Source of the DNA: an uncultured Gammaproteobacteria bacterium
GTDB taxonomy: Bacteria; Pseudomonadota; Gammaproteobacteria; CAWCPV01
Assembly (NCBI GenBank): GCA_963797555.1
Contig: CAWCPV010000004.1
Span: forward strand, 224,001-288,000
Reading direction: 5' to 3'
DNA length: 64,000 nucleotides
Part shown: piece after piece, positions 45,449 to 56,612 of the stretch
Layout: each line of letters begins with the position of its first letter
Position numbering within the stretch: the stretch's first letter is position 1
Translations under genes and position numbers: made by a program
Notes under the pieces: generated by a model
What the model was told of the DNA's origin: nothing
Seen by the model: the letters and a program-made list of their open reading frames with translations, nothing else
Database searches by the model: none

Positions 45449-46690
45449 ATGCCTCTGATCCGTCCTTTCCGTGGGCTCCGTCCTGCTTCGGCCCATGCCG
45501 CCGAGGTGGCGGCACCGCCGTACGACGTGGTGACCGCCGAGGAGGCCAGGCAGCAGGCCAGCGGGAAACCTTGGAGCTTTCTCCACATCTCGCGGCCGGA
45601 AATCGATTTGCCGACGGGCACCGACCCCTACGAGCCGGCGGTTTATGCCCGCGGCGCGGAGAACCTGCGGCGTATGCTCGAAGCAGGCGTGCTGAAGCGT
45701 GACGCGCAGCCCTGCTACTACGTCTATCGACTGACTGCCGGCTCCCACCACCAGACGGGGCTGGTGGCGGCGGCCTCGGTGGATGCTTACGAGTCGGGGC
45801 AGATTCGCCGGCACGAGCTTACCCGACCCGAAAAGGAGGACGACCGCGTCCGACACATTCGCGCCTTGAACGCCCAGACCGGCCCCGTGTTGCTCGCCTA
45901 CCGCCGTGATGCGGCCATCGACGATCTGCTGGCGGAAACGACTGCGGTCCCCGCAGAGTACGATTTCCAGGCCGGAGACGGCGTATGCCACAGGCTCTGG
46001 GTCGTTCGTGATGAGGTACGGCTCCGCCGCTTCACCGACCTCGTCCAGGCGCTGGGACGGCTGTACATCGCAGACGGCCACCACCGCTCGGCGGCGGCGG
46101 CCCGCGTTGCGGCCGAGCGGCGCCAGGCGAACCCTCACCATACCGGTGGGGAGAGCTACAATTTCTTGCTGACGGTCAGTTTCTCGCACGAGGAGATGCG
46201 CATTCTCCCCTACCACCGGCTGGTCAAGGACCTGAACGGCCTCTCCCCGCACGGCCTCCTGACCCGCGTGACTGGGGCGTTCTCCTTAACCCACAGCGAT
46301 CGGCCGGTGGACCCCCGGCAGCACGGCGTGTTCGGGATGTATTTGGCTGGCCGCTGGTATCGTCTTCAACTGCGGCCGGAGCTCATGCCCACGTCGGATG
46401 CGGTGGCGCGCTTGGACGTCAGCTTGCTCTCGCGGTATCTGTTGGCGCCGGTCCTGGGTATTCATGATCCCCGTCGCGACCCCCGCATGGATTTCTTGGG
46501 CGGGGTCCACGGCACCGAGGCGCTTGCCCGACGGGTCGATGGCGCAGAAATGGCAGTGGCGTTCACTGTTTGCGCCACGGCCATGGACCAGTTGATGGCT
46601 GTGGCAGATGCTGATCGGCTGATGCCTCCGAAGTCCACGTGGTTCGAGCCCAAGCTGGCGGACGGTCTGGTCTCCCAGGTTCTGGACTAA
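45449..46690 (+). CDS. DUF1015 family protein
   Basis: APPYDV, HELTRPEKEDDR, YIADGHHR, MPPKSTWFEPKL. Confidence 0.92.
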   Translation: MPLIRPFRGLRPASAHAAEVAAPPYDVVTAEEARQQASGKPWSFLHISRPEIDLPTGTDPYEPAVYARGAENLRRMLEAGVLKRDAQPCYYVYRLTAGSHHQTGLVAAASVDAYESGQIRRHELTRPEKEDDRVRHIRALNAQTGPVLLAYRRDAAIDDLLAETTAVPAEYDFQAGDGVCHRLWVVRDEVRLRRFTDLVQALGRLYIADGHHRSAAAARVAAERRQANPHHTGGESYNFLLTVSFSHEEMRILPYHRLVKDLNGLSPHGLLTRVTGAFSLTHSDRPVDPRQHGVFGMYLAGRWYRLQLRPELMPTSDAVARLDVSLLSRYLLAPVLGIHDPRRDPRMDFLGGVHGTEALARRVDGAEMAVAFTVCATAMDQLMAVADADRLMPPKSTWFEPKLADGLVSQVLD

Positions 46691-46771
46691 CGCGGGCAGC
46701 GGCCTCGGCACCGTGGTCGCAGAGTCGGTGAAGCTGCTATCGGGACGCGCAGGCGATTGATTCGCAAGCTT

Positions 46772-48841
46772 TCAGGGGCTCGCGGAGAAGTCGAAGCCCA
46801 GGGTGGGGCCGGGCTCCTGGATGTAAAACCCCCTGGCGTAATCCACACCGAGCTGCCATAGCACGGCAAGGCTACCGGCCTCCTCGACGTTCTCGGCGAT
46901 GGTCAGCTTGCCCATGCTGTGGGCGGTCTCGATCAAGGACCGGACCGTGGCCTGTTTTTGGGTGTCCTGCGCGAGCTGGTGGACGAGCGCGCCGTTGATT
47001 TTGACGTAGTCGACGGGTAGGTGGCGGAGGATCCCGAACGAGTTCGTTCCCTGGCCGAAGTGGGCGAGGGCAAACTGCGCGTGCAGCGCTTTGGCATTGC
47101 GCGCGAACACCTTGGCCTGGCCGAGGTGAGTGGTGGCCGAGACCTCGCTGACTTCGAAGACGAAGCGATCTCCGGGCACCTTTTCGGATCTCAGCAGATC
47201 GACCAGCCAGCCGACAAGGCTCTCGTCTGCCAGCGTCTCATCCGACAGCTTGATCAGCAAACACAGGTGCTTACCCTTGGCTCGCTGGGCCACTACCGCG
47301 GACGCGGCGTGCGCTATGACCCAGCGGTCCAGTGCGGGGGTCAGATGAGCCTTGGCAGCGGCCGCCATGAACTGCTGGGGGAGAACGGGCTGGTCTTGGG
47401 CGTCCAGCATCCGCACCAGTACCTCGTACAGCTCCATCGGTTTGCCATGCAGGCTCACCACCGGCTGGAAGTACAGGCGGAACCGGTCCGCCTGCAGAGC
47501 CTCCTGAATCCGCTGGGGCCATTCCCGGTCCTGGACGTATTCCGTGATGCTCGGTTGGTCCACCTCTACCCGGTTTCCGCCCTGGTGCCTTGCTCGGCTG
47601 CAGGCGCTGTCGGCTGCCAGGAGGACCTCTTGGGCACTCGCTGCCCCTGCACCGATTAGGGAGAGCCCAATGCTGCAGGTGAGGATCACGGTCTGTTGAT
47701 CCACTTCAAAGACGTGCTCTTCGACACCCTGGCGCAGCCCCTCAGCGAGCGCCCGAACCTCGTCCATGCGGTCGTTCTCTAGGAGCACACAGAAGGTCTC
47801 GTGCCCGAAACGGGCGGCCACTGCGCGTTGCCCAGCGGCATCACGCAGCAGCGCGGCTGCGTCCGCGAGCACCAGGTCGCTCTCGGCGATGCCGAGGCGT
47901 TCGGTGACTGCCCGGAAGCCGTCCAGCGCGACGTATAGCACGGAGCCCCCGGTGCCGCGCCCCGAGGCATCCGCGAACGCACGCTCCACTGCCTTGATGA
48001 AATGCTGCCGGTTGTAGAGGCCGGTCAGGGGGTCCAGGCTGGTCAGTCTCGCCAATTCCGCTTCAGACGAGCCCGCCACGGAGAGATCCCGCAGCACCAG
48101 TTGAATGCAGGGTTCACCCTCGAAGGTGGCGCGGCTCAGCGCAAAGGCTGCCGTAAAAGGAGTGCCGTCGGCGTGCAAGGCATGCAGCTCAGCGCGGGCA
48201 TCGGGCTTGTCGTCGCGACTGAAACGTCGCAACAGATCCTTCAACTGGTTGTGGTCCTCCGTCGAGATCATGTCCAGGAGGGGGATGCCGGCCATCTCGC
48301 CGGCCGAGTCGAATCCGAACATCTCCAGGTAAACGGCGTTGGCATAGACGTGCATGCCGTCAAGGATATACGCGACGGCGTCGCGCGAGCTGTCGATGAG
48401 TGCCCGAGCGCGTTGCTCGCATTCGCCAAGCGCAGCCTCGTATTGTCGCCGCGCTCGTCGCTCAGCCGCTCCTTCGATCTCGCGGCGAACCGCATGGGCC
48501 AGGCGCTCGGCTGGCTGCACAGCAACGACGTCTCTGGCTCCGTATGCCAGTGCCTCTATGGCCGCCGGGTTGGCAGGGTCATCGCTCAGGACTAACAGCG
48601 GGATGCCTCTGCCGACATGACCCAGCACCGAGGCGATCTGAATCAGCTCCATGTTGGCCTTGGCGAGCACCAGCTCCCACGCAGAGCCCGTTTCCTGGAG
48701 CAAGGCTTCGAGCCCGGCCACGGTGTCCATGTGTTGGCAGCGCACATTCAGGCCGGCGCTCTCCAGCGCTTCAGTCAGGGGGTCCGCGTCGTCCGCCGCA
48801 TCGCTCAGTAACAGGAGATGTATTACGCGCTCCTTCGCCAT
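46772..48841 (-). CDS. fimX: FimX-like REC-PAS-GGDEF-EAL protein (degenerate catalytic motifs)
   Basis: DPLTGLYNR, RFGHETF in place of GGDEF, EVLVRM, LAHFGQG in place of DDFGTG. Confidence 0.8.
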   Translation of the reverse strand: MAKERVIHLLLLSDAADDADPLTEALESAGLNVRCQHMDTVAGLEALLQETGSAWELVLAKANMELIQIASVLGHVGRGIPLLVLSDDPANPAAIEALAYGARDVVAVQPAERLAHAVRREIEGAAERRARRQYEAALGECEQRARALIDSSRDAVAYILDGMHVYANAVYLEMFGFDSAGEMAGIPLLDMISTEDHNQLKDLLRRFSRDDKPDARAELHALHADGTPFTAAFALSRATFEGEPCIQLVLRDLSVAGSSEAELARLTSLDPLTGLYNRQHFIKAVERAFADASGRGTGGSVLYVALDGFRAVTERLGIAESDLVLADAAALLRDAAGQRAVAARFGHETFCVLLENDRMDEVRALAEGLRQGVEEHVFEVDQQTVILTCSIGLSLIGAGAASAQEVLLAADSACSRARHQGGNRVEVDQPSITEYVQDREWPQRIQEALQADRFRLYFQPVVSLHGKPMELYEVLVRMLDAQDQPVLPQQFMAAAAKAHLTPALDRWVIAHAASAVVAQRAKGKHLCLLIKLSDETLADESLVGWLVDLLRSEKVPGDRFVFEVSEVSATTHLGQAKVFARNAKALHAQFALAHFGQGTNSFGILRHLPVDYVKINGALVHQLAQDTQKQATVRSLIETAHSMGKLTIAENVEEAGSLAVLWQLGVDYARGFYIQEPGPTLGFDFSASP

Positions 48842-48968
48842 GCCAATCAGCGCCCCTGGAGGATGTACCGGAACGCCCGGACGATGCCGCGCGACCTCCC
48901 CGCCCGCCCGGCCCCCTCGGCACGTTGTAGGGTTCGGACCTGCGCCTCGAGGCTACGCCCGTTCGGGT

Positions 48969-50840
48969 TCAAAGCCTCTCCCACAGCGTGTCGAAATCGT
49001 TCTGCTCGGTGGCCTCCGGTAGCGTCGTGGTGCCGCGCTCCCGCTCTACTTCCGGGGTCCGCGGGCGCTCGACCGGAGCGGCCTGAAACTGGGCGTAGGC
49101 CGCGGTCTTCTCGACGAGCGCGCTCAGCTGCAAGGGCTTCGTGCTGTCGCCATTGCGCACCGTGACCTCGTTGCCGACTCGGTAAGACAGTGGGCCGGTG
49201 ATGAGTGTGAACGAATATCCGCTGAGCCCCCGTTCCGGAAGCATCAGCGCCCGCAAGTACTCCCGTTTGGTCTCCGGCCCGTGGACGGATTCGGTCCAGA
49301 CCGGCACGACCTGTGGGGCGAGCCATTGGACGCCGGTCTCCAAACGCTCGCCCTGGTCCTGCCGCATCCAGCGAACCACGCCCAGCCGGTGGCGCAAGCC
49401 TGCGTCTGCCTGCTGAGCGCTGACTGATACCAGCTCCCCGATGTTGATTCCGACGAGGTCCCGGGTGCTCCAACTCAGACGACACCCGCCGACGCTCTCG
49501 TCCTGAGTCTGGCACTCGTATGGTGCCGCGCCGCGTTGCGTACGCTTCGGGTCCGCCCACGACGCCGGATGCGAGGGATGCGCCAGTTCTTCGATCTCTG
49601 GTAGCTGCAAAGGCATGCCCAGTGTCGAGACCGGCTCCTCCACCAGAACCTCGGGTGCCGGGATTGGCCGGTCCTCCTCCTGTCCGCCGAGGAGGGCCTG
49701 GTGGATTGAGTTGAGTCCGCGCATGACCTTCACCGACATGGGCTTGCGGACGCGGGTGGAGCGCCTCTCCGGCTTGTTGTCCCAACTGGCGGCGAGATGG
49801 GCCAGGGTGGTCTCCGAGAGAAACTCGCCGGGCTTCAAGGCGGGAGCCGGCGCTGCGGCCACCGTGTGGCGCCCAGCCGCGCGGCCCTTCTCCTCCCGAA
49901 GGATTGGGACGAGTCGACTGCCGTCGATCAGCCTGCAAGCGTCTACCGGTTCCTCCTTGAAGCCGAAGGTGAGCGGCGCCCCGTCCTTGGCTAGGTTGAC
50001 CATGAAGGAACGCGGCGCTTCGGCGTCCTCGCGGTAAGGCCGCAGGGTCACCAGCGGCGACCAGAGCTCCAAGGCGACATAGACGTTCTCGGTCTCCGAC
50101 TGGGGTAGCCGATAAGGATCGGTCAACGCCAACATGAGGATCTGCCTGTAGGCGTCCCCCACCGTGGCGCGCCTCACGAGCTCATAGCTGTCGTCGCCCA
50201 CGCGTCTGTCGGCCAGGCCGTGCTGCTCCGCCTGGCGGTAGATCTGGTGTAACTCCAGCCACACGCCGGCAGGGCAAGGTGCATAGGCGTGACAGTTGAC
50301 CAGCAGAACTTGGCTCAGGTAGCGAATGCTGCGGTGCATGGCGAGCGCCAGACGGTTGAGGCTCGTATAGCGGGACGCGGCAAGCAAATCCCGCGTGACG
50401 CTCTTGTATCCCGCGGCCATCTCGCTACACATCGCCTCGGCGAGCTTGGCCACCTGCTTGTTCTTTTCGGGGAGGGGAAATCCCACTCCCACGTAGTGGG
50501 GCCGCAGCGACCGCATGACGTAGCGAACCGGTGAGCGCAGCTCCTCCAGCAGACCGAGGCGGGCTTTGGCCGGGATATGCATAGGGTTGGTGCTGAGCAG
50601 GGCCTGGTACAGCAATTTACCGGTTTGCCCGACATTGGTAAGCGGCAGATCGGCGATCCACTGCCTGATCTGTTTGGGACGGATGTCGAACGCGGGCGCT
50701 GCAGGCTTCGGTTGAGGCGGTACGGGGATCTGCGGCGAGACGGCGTCCGCCTCGGAACGATTGCCCAGCAGTCGCCGCGCGAGAGCCGCCAGAGACAGCC
50801 AGTTGCTGGGATCGGCTTTGCGCATGCTACGGGAAGCCAT
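48969..50840 (-). CDS. FimW-like putative c-di-GMP receptor with PilZ-like C-terminal region
   Basis: WIADLPLTN, WLELHQIY, DPYRLPQ, RRSTR and DESVGG (PilZ-like), LGVVRW; adjacent to the fimX-like gene. Start uncertain. Confidence 0.65.
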   Translation of the reverse strand: MASRSMRKADPSNWLSLAALARRLLGNRSEADAVSPQIPVPPQPKPAAPAFDIRPKQIRQWIADLPLTNVGQTGKLLYQALLSTNPMHIPAKARLGLLEELRSPVRYVMRSLRPHYVGVGFPLPEKNKQVAKLAEAMCSEMAAGYKSVTRDLLAASRYTSLNRLALAMHRSIRYLSQVLLVNCHAYAPCPAGVWLELHQIYRQAEQHGLADRRVGDDSYELVRRATVGDAYRQILMLALTDPYRLPQSETENVYVALELWSPLVTLRPYREDAEAPRSFMVNLAKDGAPLTFGFKEEPVDACRLIDGSRLVPILREEKGRAAGRHTVAAAPAPALKPGEFLSETTLAHLAASWDNKPERRSTRVRKPMSVKVMRGLNSIHQALLGGQEEDRPIPAPEVLVEEPVSTLGMPLQLPEIEELAHPSHPASWADPKRTQRGAAPYECQTQDESVGGCRLSWSTRDLVGINIGELVSVSAQQADAGLRHRLGVVRWMRQDQGERLETGVQWLAPQVVPVWTESVHGPETKREYLRALMLPERGLSGYSFTLITGPLSYRVGNEVTVRNGDSTKPLQLSALVEKTAAYAQFQAAPVERPRTPEVERERGTTTLPEATEQNDFDTLWERL

Positions 50841-51128
50841 GGCCAGGCGTCTGTCAGCCCGGAGCGACTGGGCAACCGCGGACCGGCTCCGCCCCAAGAG
50901 GCTTGCGGATGTGGAGATCCCCCGATTGGTCTTGTCTCTGACCGGCATGTCCTGCGGGCGCGACAGCCTGCCCACGCCCCGTGGCGCCAGCCTTGCGCCC
51001 GAATGGTATCGGCCAAATGTAGATGTATAGCACATGGCCTGCGGCGGCGAAAGGCGCGCCCGGCGCACAGCCGCCTGTCGTCCTGGTCGCGCTCGTCCCC
51101 CGCCGGCGCGAGTGCGAGGGCATGCGGA

Positions 51129-52193
51129 CTAGGGCGATGTCCACAGAGAATCTATCTCCACGGGCTCGGTGACCACTTCCAGCGGCTGCTTGGCGCTCGC
51201 GCCCCGGCGCTCGCGCACTAGCCTCGGCACGAGGAAGCCGGGCAGACGGCGATGCACTTCGGCCATGAGCCGTGCGGCCTCGGCCTCGTCGACATCGAAG
51301 TGCGCCGCTCCCTGCACGCGGTCCAGGAGGTGCAGATAGTAGGGCAAGACCCGCGCGTTGAAGAGCCTCTCCGAGAGGCTCACCAGAGTTTCGGCGCAGT
51401 CGTTGACACCACGCAGCAACACACTCTGATTCAGCAGGGTCACCCCGCGCGCGGCTGCACGCGCAAGCGCGGTTTCCACACGCTGGTCGATCTCGTTGGC
51501 GTGGTTGGCATGGAGGACCATCACGGGCTTCAGGCGCGTGCCTGCAAGCGCATCCAGGAGACCGTCCGCAACGCGGCTCGGTACGGCGACCGGCAGGCGC
51601 GTATGTATTCTCACCCGCTGGACATGCGCTATGCCCGCGAGCGCGCGCACCAGAGCCGCCAGCCGAGAGTCGCTCAGCATGAGCGGGTCGCCGCCGCTCA
51701 GGATAACCTCGGAGACGGACGGGCGCTCCGCGATATAGTCCAGGGCGGCGTGCCACCGCGCGCCTGCGGCGTTAGCGGAAGAGTAGGGGAAATGCTGCCG
51801 GAAGCAGTAACGGCAGTGGATCGGACACGCCCCCGTCGCGATCAGCAATACCCTGCCCTGGTACTTGTGGAGCAGCCCCGGGACCGGCATGGCGCTCAGA
51901 TCTCCCACCGGATCAGGGCTGAAGTCGGGCCTTGGGGACGGGTTCTGGTACCCGGGCCACACCTGCAGTAGCAGCGGGTCTTTCGGGTCCTCTTTGCGCA
52001 TACGGGCCACATAGCCACGGGGTACCCGCAAAGGAAAGAGGTGGAATGATGCCGGGGGTGGGGGCAAAAGATCCGGCGGCAGCTTCAGGAGACTCAGCAG
52101 CTCCGCAGGGTCCGTGACCGCGCTCGTGATCTCGGCTTGCCAGGCAGTGTCTGACAGCAGGCTGCCCTTGGGTTTATTATTGGGCGCTTGCAC
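51129..52193 (-). CDS. epmB: EF-P beta-lysylation lysine 2,3-aminomutase
   Basis: [37 protein letters not shown]; divergent from efp. Confidence 0.95.
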   Translation of the reverse strand: MQAPNNKPKGSLLSDTAWQAEITSAVTDPAELLSLLKLPPDLLPPPPASFHLFPLRVPRGYVARMRKEDPKDPLLLQVWPGYQNPSPRPDFSPDPVGDLSAMPVPGLLHKYQGRVLLIATGACPIHCRYCFRQHFPYSSANAAGARWHAALDYIAERPSVSEVILSGGDPLMLSDSRLAALVRALAGIAHVQRVRIHTRLPVAVPSRVADGLLDALAGTRLKPVMVLHANHANEIDQRVETALARAAARGVTLLNQSVLLRGVNDCAETLVSLSERLFNARVLPYYLHLLDRVQGAAHFDVDEAEAARLMAEVHRRLPGFLVPRLVRERRGASAKQPLEVVTEPVEIDSLWTSP

Positions 52194-52213
52194 GGTCTCG
52201 AGCGAGGGAATCG

Positions 52214-52780
52214 ATGGCGACCTATAGCACCAATGAGTTCAAGAGCGGCCTCAAGGTGATCTTGGACGGCGATCCCTGTGCCATCTTGGAGAACGAATTC
52301 GTCAAGCCCGGGAAGGGGCAGGCGTTCAACCGCGTCAGGTTCCGTAACTTAAAGACCGGCAGGGTTCTGGAGCGCACTTTCAAGAGCGGCGACACCATCG
52401 AGGCGGCCGACGTCGTCGATAGCGGAATGCAATACCTGTACAACGACGGCCAATTCTGGCACTTCATGGTCCCCGACACGTTCGAGCAGTATGCGGCCGA
52501 TGCCAACGTCGTGCAAGACTCAGCCAAGTGGCTCAAAGAGCAGGATAGCTGCATCGTGACCCTTTGGAATGGTGTACCCCTCGCGGTCACGCCCGCCAAC
52601 TCGGTGGTCCTCAAGGTCGCGCAGACCGAGCCGGGGGTCCGCGGCGACACCGCCACGGGCGGCACGAAGCCAGCGACGCTGGAGACGGGTGCAGTGGTGC
52701 GGGTTCCGCTATTCGTTGAAGTGGGCGATCTGGTCAAGGTCGACACGCGCACGGGCGAGTACCTGTCCCGTGCCAAGTAG
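52214..52780 (+). CDS. efp: Elongation factor P
   Basis: [25 protein letters not shown]. Confidence 0.98.
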   Translation: MATYSTNEFKSGLKVILDGDPCAILENEFVKPGKGQAFNRVRFRNLKTGRVLERTFKSGDTIEAADVVDSGMQYLYNDGQFWHFMVPDTFEQYAADANVVQDSAKWLKEQDSCIVTLWNGVPLAVTPANSVVLKVAQTEPGVRGDTATGGTKPATLETGAVVRVPLFVEVGDLVKVDTRTGEYLSRAK

Positions 52781-52805
52781 TCGAGAAGGGGTTGCGCCGC
52801 ATCCA

Positions 52806-53766
52806 GTGGACGCCGACGCTGACTGGCGTCCCGCTGCGACCTCGGCAATGCTGCGGCGGCGGGCTGCGCTACTCGGCGCGATCCGCGCCTTCTTCACCGC
52901 CCGTGGGGTCATGGAGGTGGATACGCCGGCTCTCTCGGCGACCGTCGTGCCGGAGAGCCACATCGAACACTTTGTGACCCGGTATCACGGGCCCGCTGCG
53001 CCGCAGGCGAACATACTCTACCTGCTACCCTCGCCGGAGGGGGCTATGAAGCGCCTGCTGGCGGCGGACAGCGGGCCCATCTACCAGATTTGCCACGTCT
53101 ACAGGAATGGCGAGCGCGGGAGACTGCACAATCCGGAGTTCACGCTGCTCGAGTGGTACCGCCCCGGGTTCGATCATGTGGCCCTCATGGAGGAGGTGGA
53201 TGCGTTGCTGCGCGAACTCCTTGCGACGCCGTCGGGGGAACGACTGAGCTACCGCGAGGCATTTCAGCGGCACATGGGGATCGATCCCTTCGAGGCGTCC
53301 ATCGAGGAACTGCAGTCGTGTGCCAGGCAGCGGGGATATCGGGGTCCAGATTCTCGGGCGCGAGGCTTGCCTCGACCTCCTGATGGGCGAGGCGGTCGGC
53401 CCGAACCTCGGCCTTCAACGACCAGCCTTTGTCTACGATTACCCGGCCTCCCAGGCGGCGTTTGCACGCGTGAGGGTCCCGTTCGCGGAGCGCTTCGAGG
53501 TGTATCTGCGTGGGGTGGAGCTTGCCAACGGCTTTCACGAGCTCGCCGACGCAGCCGAACAGCGTCGGCGCTTTCTGGCACAGCAAAGCCTACAGGAGGC
53601 CGCCGGGGGCATGCGGCCACCGATGGACGAGCGTCTCCTCGCCGCGCTGCGCTCGGGGCTTCCGGATTGCGCTGGGGTGGCCCTGGGGATAGATCGGCTC
53701 CTGATGTGCGCCTGCGCGGCGGCCCACATCGACGAGGTGATGACCTTTCCGCTGACCTGTGCCTGA
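52806..53766 (+). CDS. epmA: EF-P lysyl ligase EpmA (one frameshift near 53335 as assembled)
   Basis: WRPAA, SPEGAMKRLL, HNPEFTLLEWYR; second frame has ERFEVY, ELANGFHEL, GVALGIDRL. Confidence 0.92.
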
Positions 53767-54928
53767 GGATCTGGCGACGCAGCGGGCGGGACGCGCTGAG
53801 GAAGAGGCGCCGGCAGCGGGTGCCGTCCTCCGCCTGGAAGCGAGCAGCGGACGCCTCATTTGCCGCGGCTCATGGACACTCGGAAATGTGGGTGCCTTGA
53901 GGCGCCAGGTCGCGCTGCTGGATCTGGGGCAGCGCGACGCGCTGACCTGGGACATGGAAGCCATCAGCGCCTTGGATACCGCAGGTGCCTGCTTGATCCG
54001 GCGTACTCAGCGCGACCTGCAGGCGCGCGGTGTCGAGTTGGCCTCGCAGGGCCTGCGTCCGGAGCATGCAGCCTTGCTGCGCATGGTGGACGATCTGCCC
54101 GGCGCCGAGGCCGCAGCCTTTAGGGCCCCGCCACCGGCTCTGCTCGAACGCCTGGGCCGAGCGGTGTGGGAGCGCTGGCTCGAGGCCGTGAGGTTTCTCG
54201 CCTTCATCGGCGAGACCGGCATGGTTCAGGGTGCGTCGCTCCTCAAGCCTCGCCGTGTGCGCTGGACGAGCTTGGCGCACAACGTCATCCTGGTCGGATT
54301 CAACGCCCTGCCCATCGTCGGGCTGCTGTCCTTCCTCGTTGGGGTCGTCATCGCCTACCAGAGCGCCGTACAGTTGCGCCAATACGGTGCCAACGTCTAT
54401 CTCGCCGACTTGGTTGGGCTCTCGATGTTGCGGGAATTGGCGGGGTTGCTGACGGCGATCATCGTGGCCGGTCGTTCCGGGTCGGCCTTCACCGCGCAGA
54501 TCGGTACCATGCAGGTCACCGAGGAAGTGGACGCCTTGCGCACTCTCGGCATTTCCCCCGTCGAGTTGCTGGTGGTTCCGAAGGTTTGGGCGCTGGTTTT
54601 CGCCTTGCCCTTGCTGACCGTATGCGCCGACGTGATGGGGGTGGCGGGAGGGATGCTGATGGGGAGCGTGGTCCTGGGCGTGAGCTTCGCCACCTTCCTT
54701 GGCAGATTGCAGTACGCCGTGTCCCTGACGGACTTCCTTGTGGGAGTCGGCAAGGCGCCGGTGTTCGCGGTGATCATCGCCTTGGTGGGCTGCTTCCAGG
54801 GATTCCAGGTGAGGGGGGGCGCGGAGAGCGTCGGGCGCCAGACGACCGTCAGCGTGGTACAGGGAATATTTCTGGTCATTGTCGCGGACGCGGCGTTCTC
54901 CGTGGCCTTCAGCTGGTTTGGCATATGA
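53759..54928 (+). CDS. mlaE: STAS-MlaE family ABC permease
   Basis: ALDTAGA (STAS), RELAGLLTAIIVAGRSGSAFTAQIGTM, EEVDAL. Confidence 0.9.
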   Translation: MPEDLATQRAGRAEEEAPAAGAVLRLEASSGRLICRGSWTLGNVGALRRQVALLDLGQRDALTWDMEAISALDTAGACLIRRTQRDLQARGVELASQGLRPEHAALLRMVDDLPGAEAAAFRAPPPALLERLGRAVWERWLEAVRFLAFIGETGMVQGASLLKPRRVRWTSLAHNVILVGFNALPIVGLLSFLVGVVIAYQSAVQLRQYGANVYLADLVGLSMLRELAGLLTAIIVAGRSGSAFTAQIGTMQVTEEVDALRTLGISPVELLVVPKVWALVFALPLLTVCADVMGVAGGMLMGSVVLGVSFATFLGRLQYAVSLTDFLVGVGKAPVFAVIIALVGCFQGFQVRGGAESVGRQTTVSVVQGIFLVIVADAAFSVAFSWFGI

Positions 54929-55701
54929 ACCACGCGGTGGTGCAGGTCCGAGACCTGCGTACGCGGTTCGGACGCCAGACAGTGCACGAGGACATCAGCC
55001 TGGATGTCTACCGGGGTGAGGTATTCGCCCTGGTCGGCGGCAGCGGTTCCGGCAAGACGACGCTGCTGCGGGAGATCATCATGCTCCAGCGCCCGGCCTC
55101 GGGAACCATCCGCGTGCTCGGGGAAAACATACTGGCGATCGGCCACCGCGAGGTGCTCGCCTTGCGCCGGCGCATCGGAATGCTGTTTCAACGCGGGGCT
55201 TTGTTCAGCTCGCTTACCGTCGCCGAGAATGTCGCGATGCCCATGCGCGAGCACGCGGACCTGCCCGAGGATCTGCTGCGTGAGCTGGTGGCCGTTAAGA
55301 TCGCACTCACCGGGCTCCCGCCTGACGCTGCCGCGAAATATCCAAGGCAACTGAGCGGGGGGATGATCAAACGGGCGGCGCTCGCGCGCGCCATTGCCCT
55401 GGATCCGGAACTGCTGTTTCTCGATGAGCCATCCGCGGGCCTCGATCCCATCGGCGCCACCGCCCTCGACGAGCTGGTCGATCAGCTCAAGAACCTGCTG
55501 GGGCTGACGGTGGTGATGGTCACCCACGATCTCGACAGCCTGTGGCGAGTCGCGGACCGCGTGGCGCTGCTGGCCAAGGCGAGACTCCACGCCAGCGGCA
55601 CGCTCCCGGAGCTCTACGAATCGGACGATCCCGAGGTGGCGGCGTTCTTCCGCGGACCCCGGGGTCGAGCCGCAGAGACCCAGGCGTGGAGACGGATGTA
55701 A
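54925..55701 (+). CDS. mlaF: MlaF-type ABC ATP-binding protein
   Basis: GGSGSGKT, LFQRGALFSSLTV, LSGGMIKR, LDEPSAGLDP. Confidence 0.9.
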   Translation: MNHAVVQVRDLRTRFGRQTVHEDISLDVYRGEVFALVGGSGSGKTTLLREIIMLQRPASGTIRVLGENILAIGHREVLALRRRIGMLFQRGALFSSLTVAENVAMPMREHADLPEDLLRELVAVKIALTGLPPDAAAKYPRQLSGGMIKRAALARAIALDPELLFLDEPSAGLDPIGATALDELVDQLKNLLGLTVVMVTHDLDSLWRVADRVALLAKARLHASGTLPELYESDDPEVAAFFRGPRGRAAETQAWRRM

Positions 55702-56612
55702 ATTACGCCCTCGTCGGCCTGTTCACCGTGGTGCTTGGCGCGGTGCTGGTGGCCATTGTGCTATGGCTCGGACCGCGGGAGTACCAGAAGTCGTATGAGA
55801 TCTACTATGCCTACATGAGCGAATCGGTGTCGGGTTTGAGCGTGGATGCCCCGGTGAAGTACCGGGGGGTGGAGGTGGGCAAGGTGAAGAAGATCGCCCT
55901 CGTGCTAGACAATCCAGAGCAAGTGCGCCTCACGCTTTATATCGAGCAAGGAACTCCGATCAAGCAGGACACCGTGGCAGTGCTGTCGGTACAAGGCTTG
56001 ACCGGCATCGCCTTCGTCGACCTCACCGGTGGCACCCGCGAGGCTCCGCCGCTGAGCGTTACGCAGGGACAGGAATACCCTGTCATCTCGACGGCCCCGT
56101 CGCTGTTCACACGGGTCGATACGACCCTGACGCAACTGGCTGCACGTCTCAATACCTTGGCAGACCAAACTACCGCTCTGCTGGGCGAGGACAACCGGAC
56201 CGCTCTGCGGCAGACGCTGGCCGACATCAGGGCCGTGGCAGAGACGCTCGCGGCACACAGCAACAGCCTGGGGCGCGGCATCGACGCAGCCGCTGGCGTC
56301 ATGGAGAACGCCGCACGGGCTGGCGCTCAGCTACCGGTCCTGGCGGATCGGACCGCACACGCACTGGAGTCGCTGCAGATGGCCGTCCAGTCCCTGCGGC
56401 GCACGGCGGCCGGCATCGACGACTTCTGGCAAGCCAATCGTCTCTACCTGCAGCGTTTTGCACGTCAGACACTTCCGGACATGGGGCAGTTGGTGGGCGA
56501 CCTGCGGCAGGTCTCCGCGAATGTGGATCGGCTTGTCCAGACGCTGGGCCAGCAACCCAATGCCCTCGTCTTTGGGCTTCCGACCGCCACGCCGGGGCCG
56601 GGGGAGCGGTGA
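55686..56612 (+). CDS. MCE/MlaD family protein
   Basis: ETDVNYALVGLF, SVSGLSVDAPVKYRGVEVGKV, helical tail. Confidence 0.9.
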   Translation: METDVNYALVGLFTVVLGAVLVAIVLWLGPREYQKSYEIYYAYMSESVSGLSVDAPVKYRGVEVGKVKKIALVLDNPEQVRLTLYIEQGTPIKQDTVAVLSVQGLTGIAFVDLTGGTREAPPLSVTQGQEYPVISTAPSLFTRVDTTLTQLAARLNTLADQTTALLGEDNRTALRQTLADIRAVAETLAAHSNSLGRGIDAAAGVMENAARAGAQLPVLADRTAHALESLQMAVQSLRRTAAGIDDFWQANRLYLQRFARQTLPDMGQLVGDLRQVSANVDRLVQTLGQQPNALVFGLPTATPGPGER

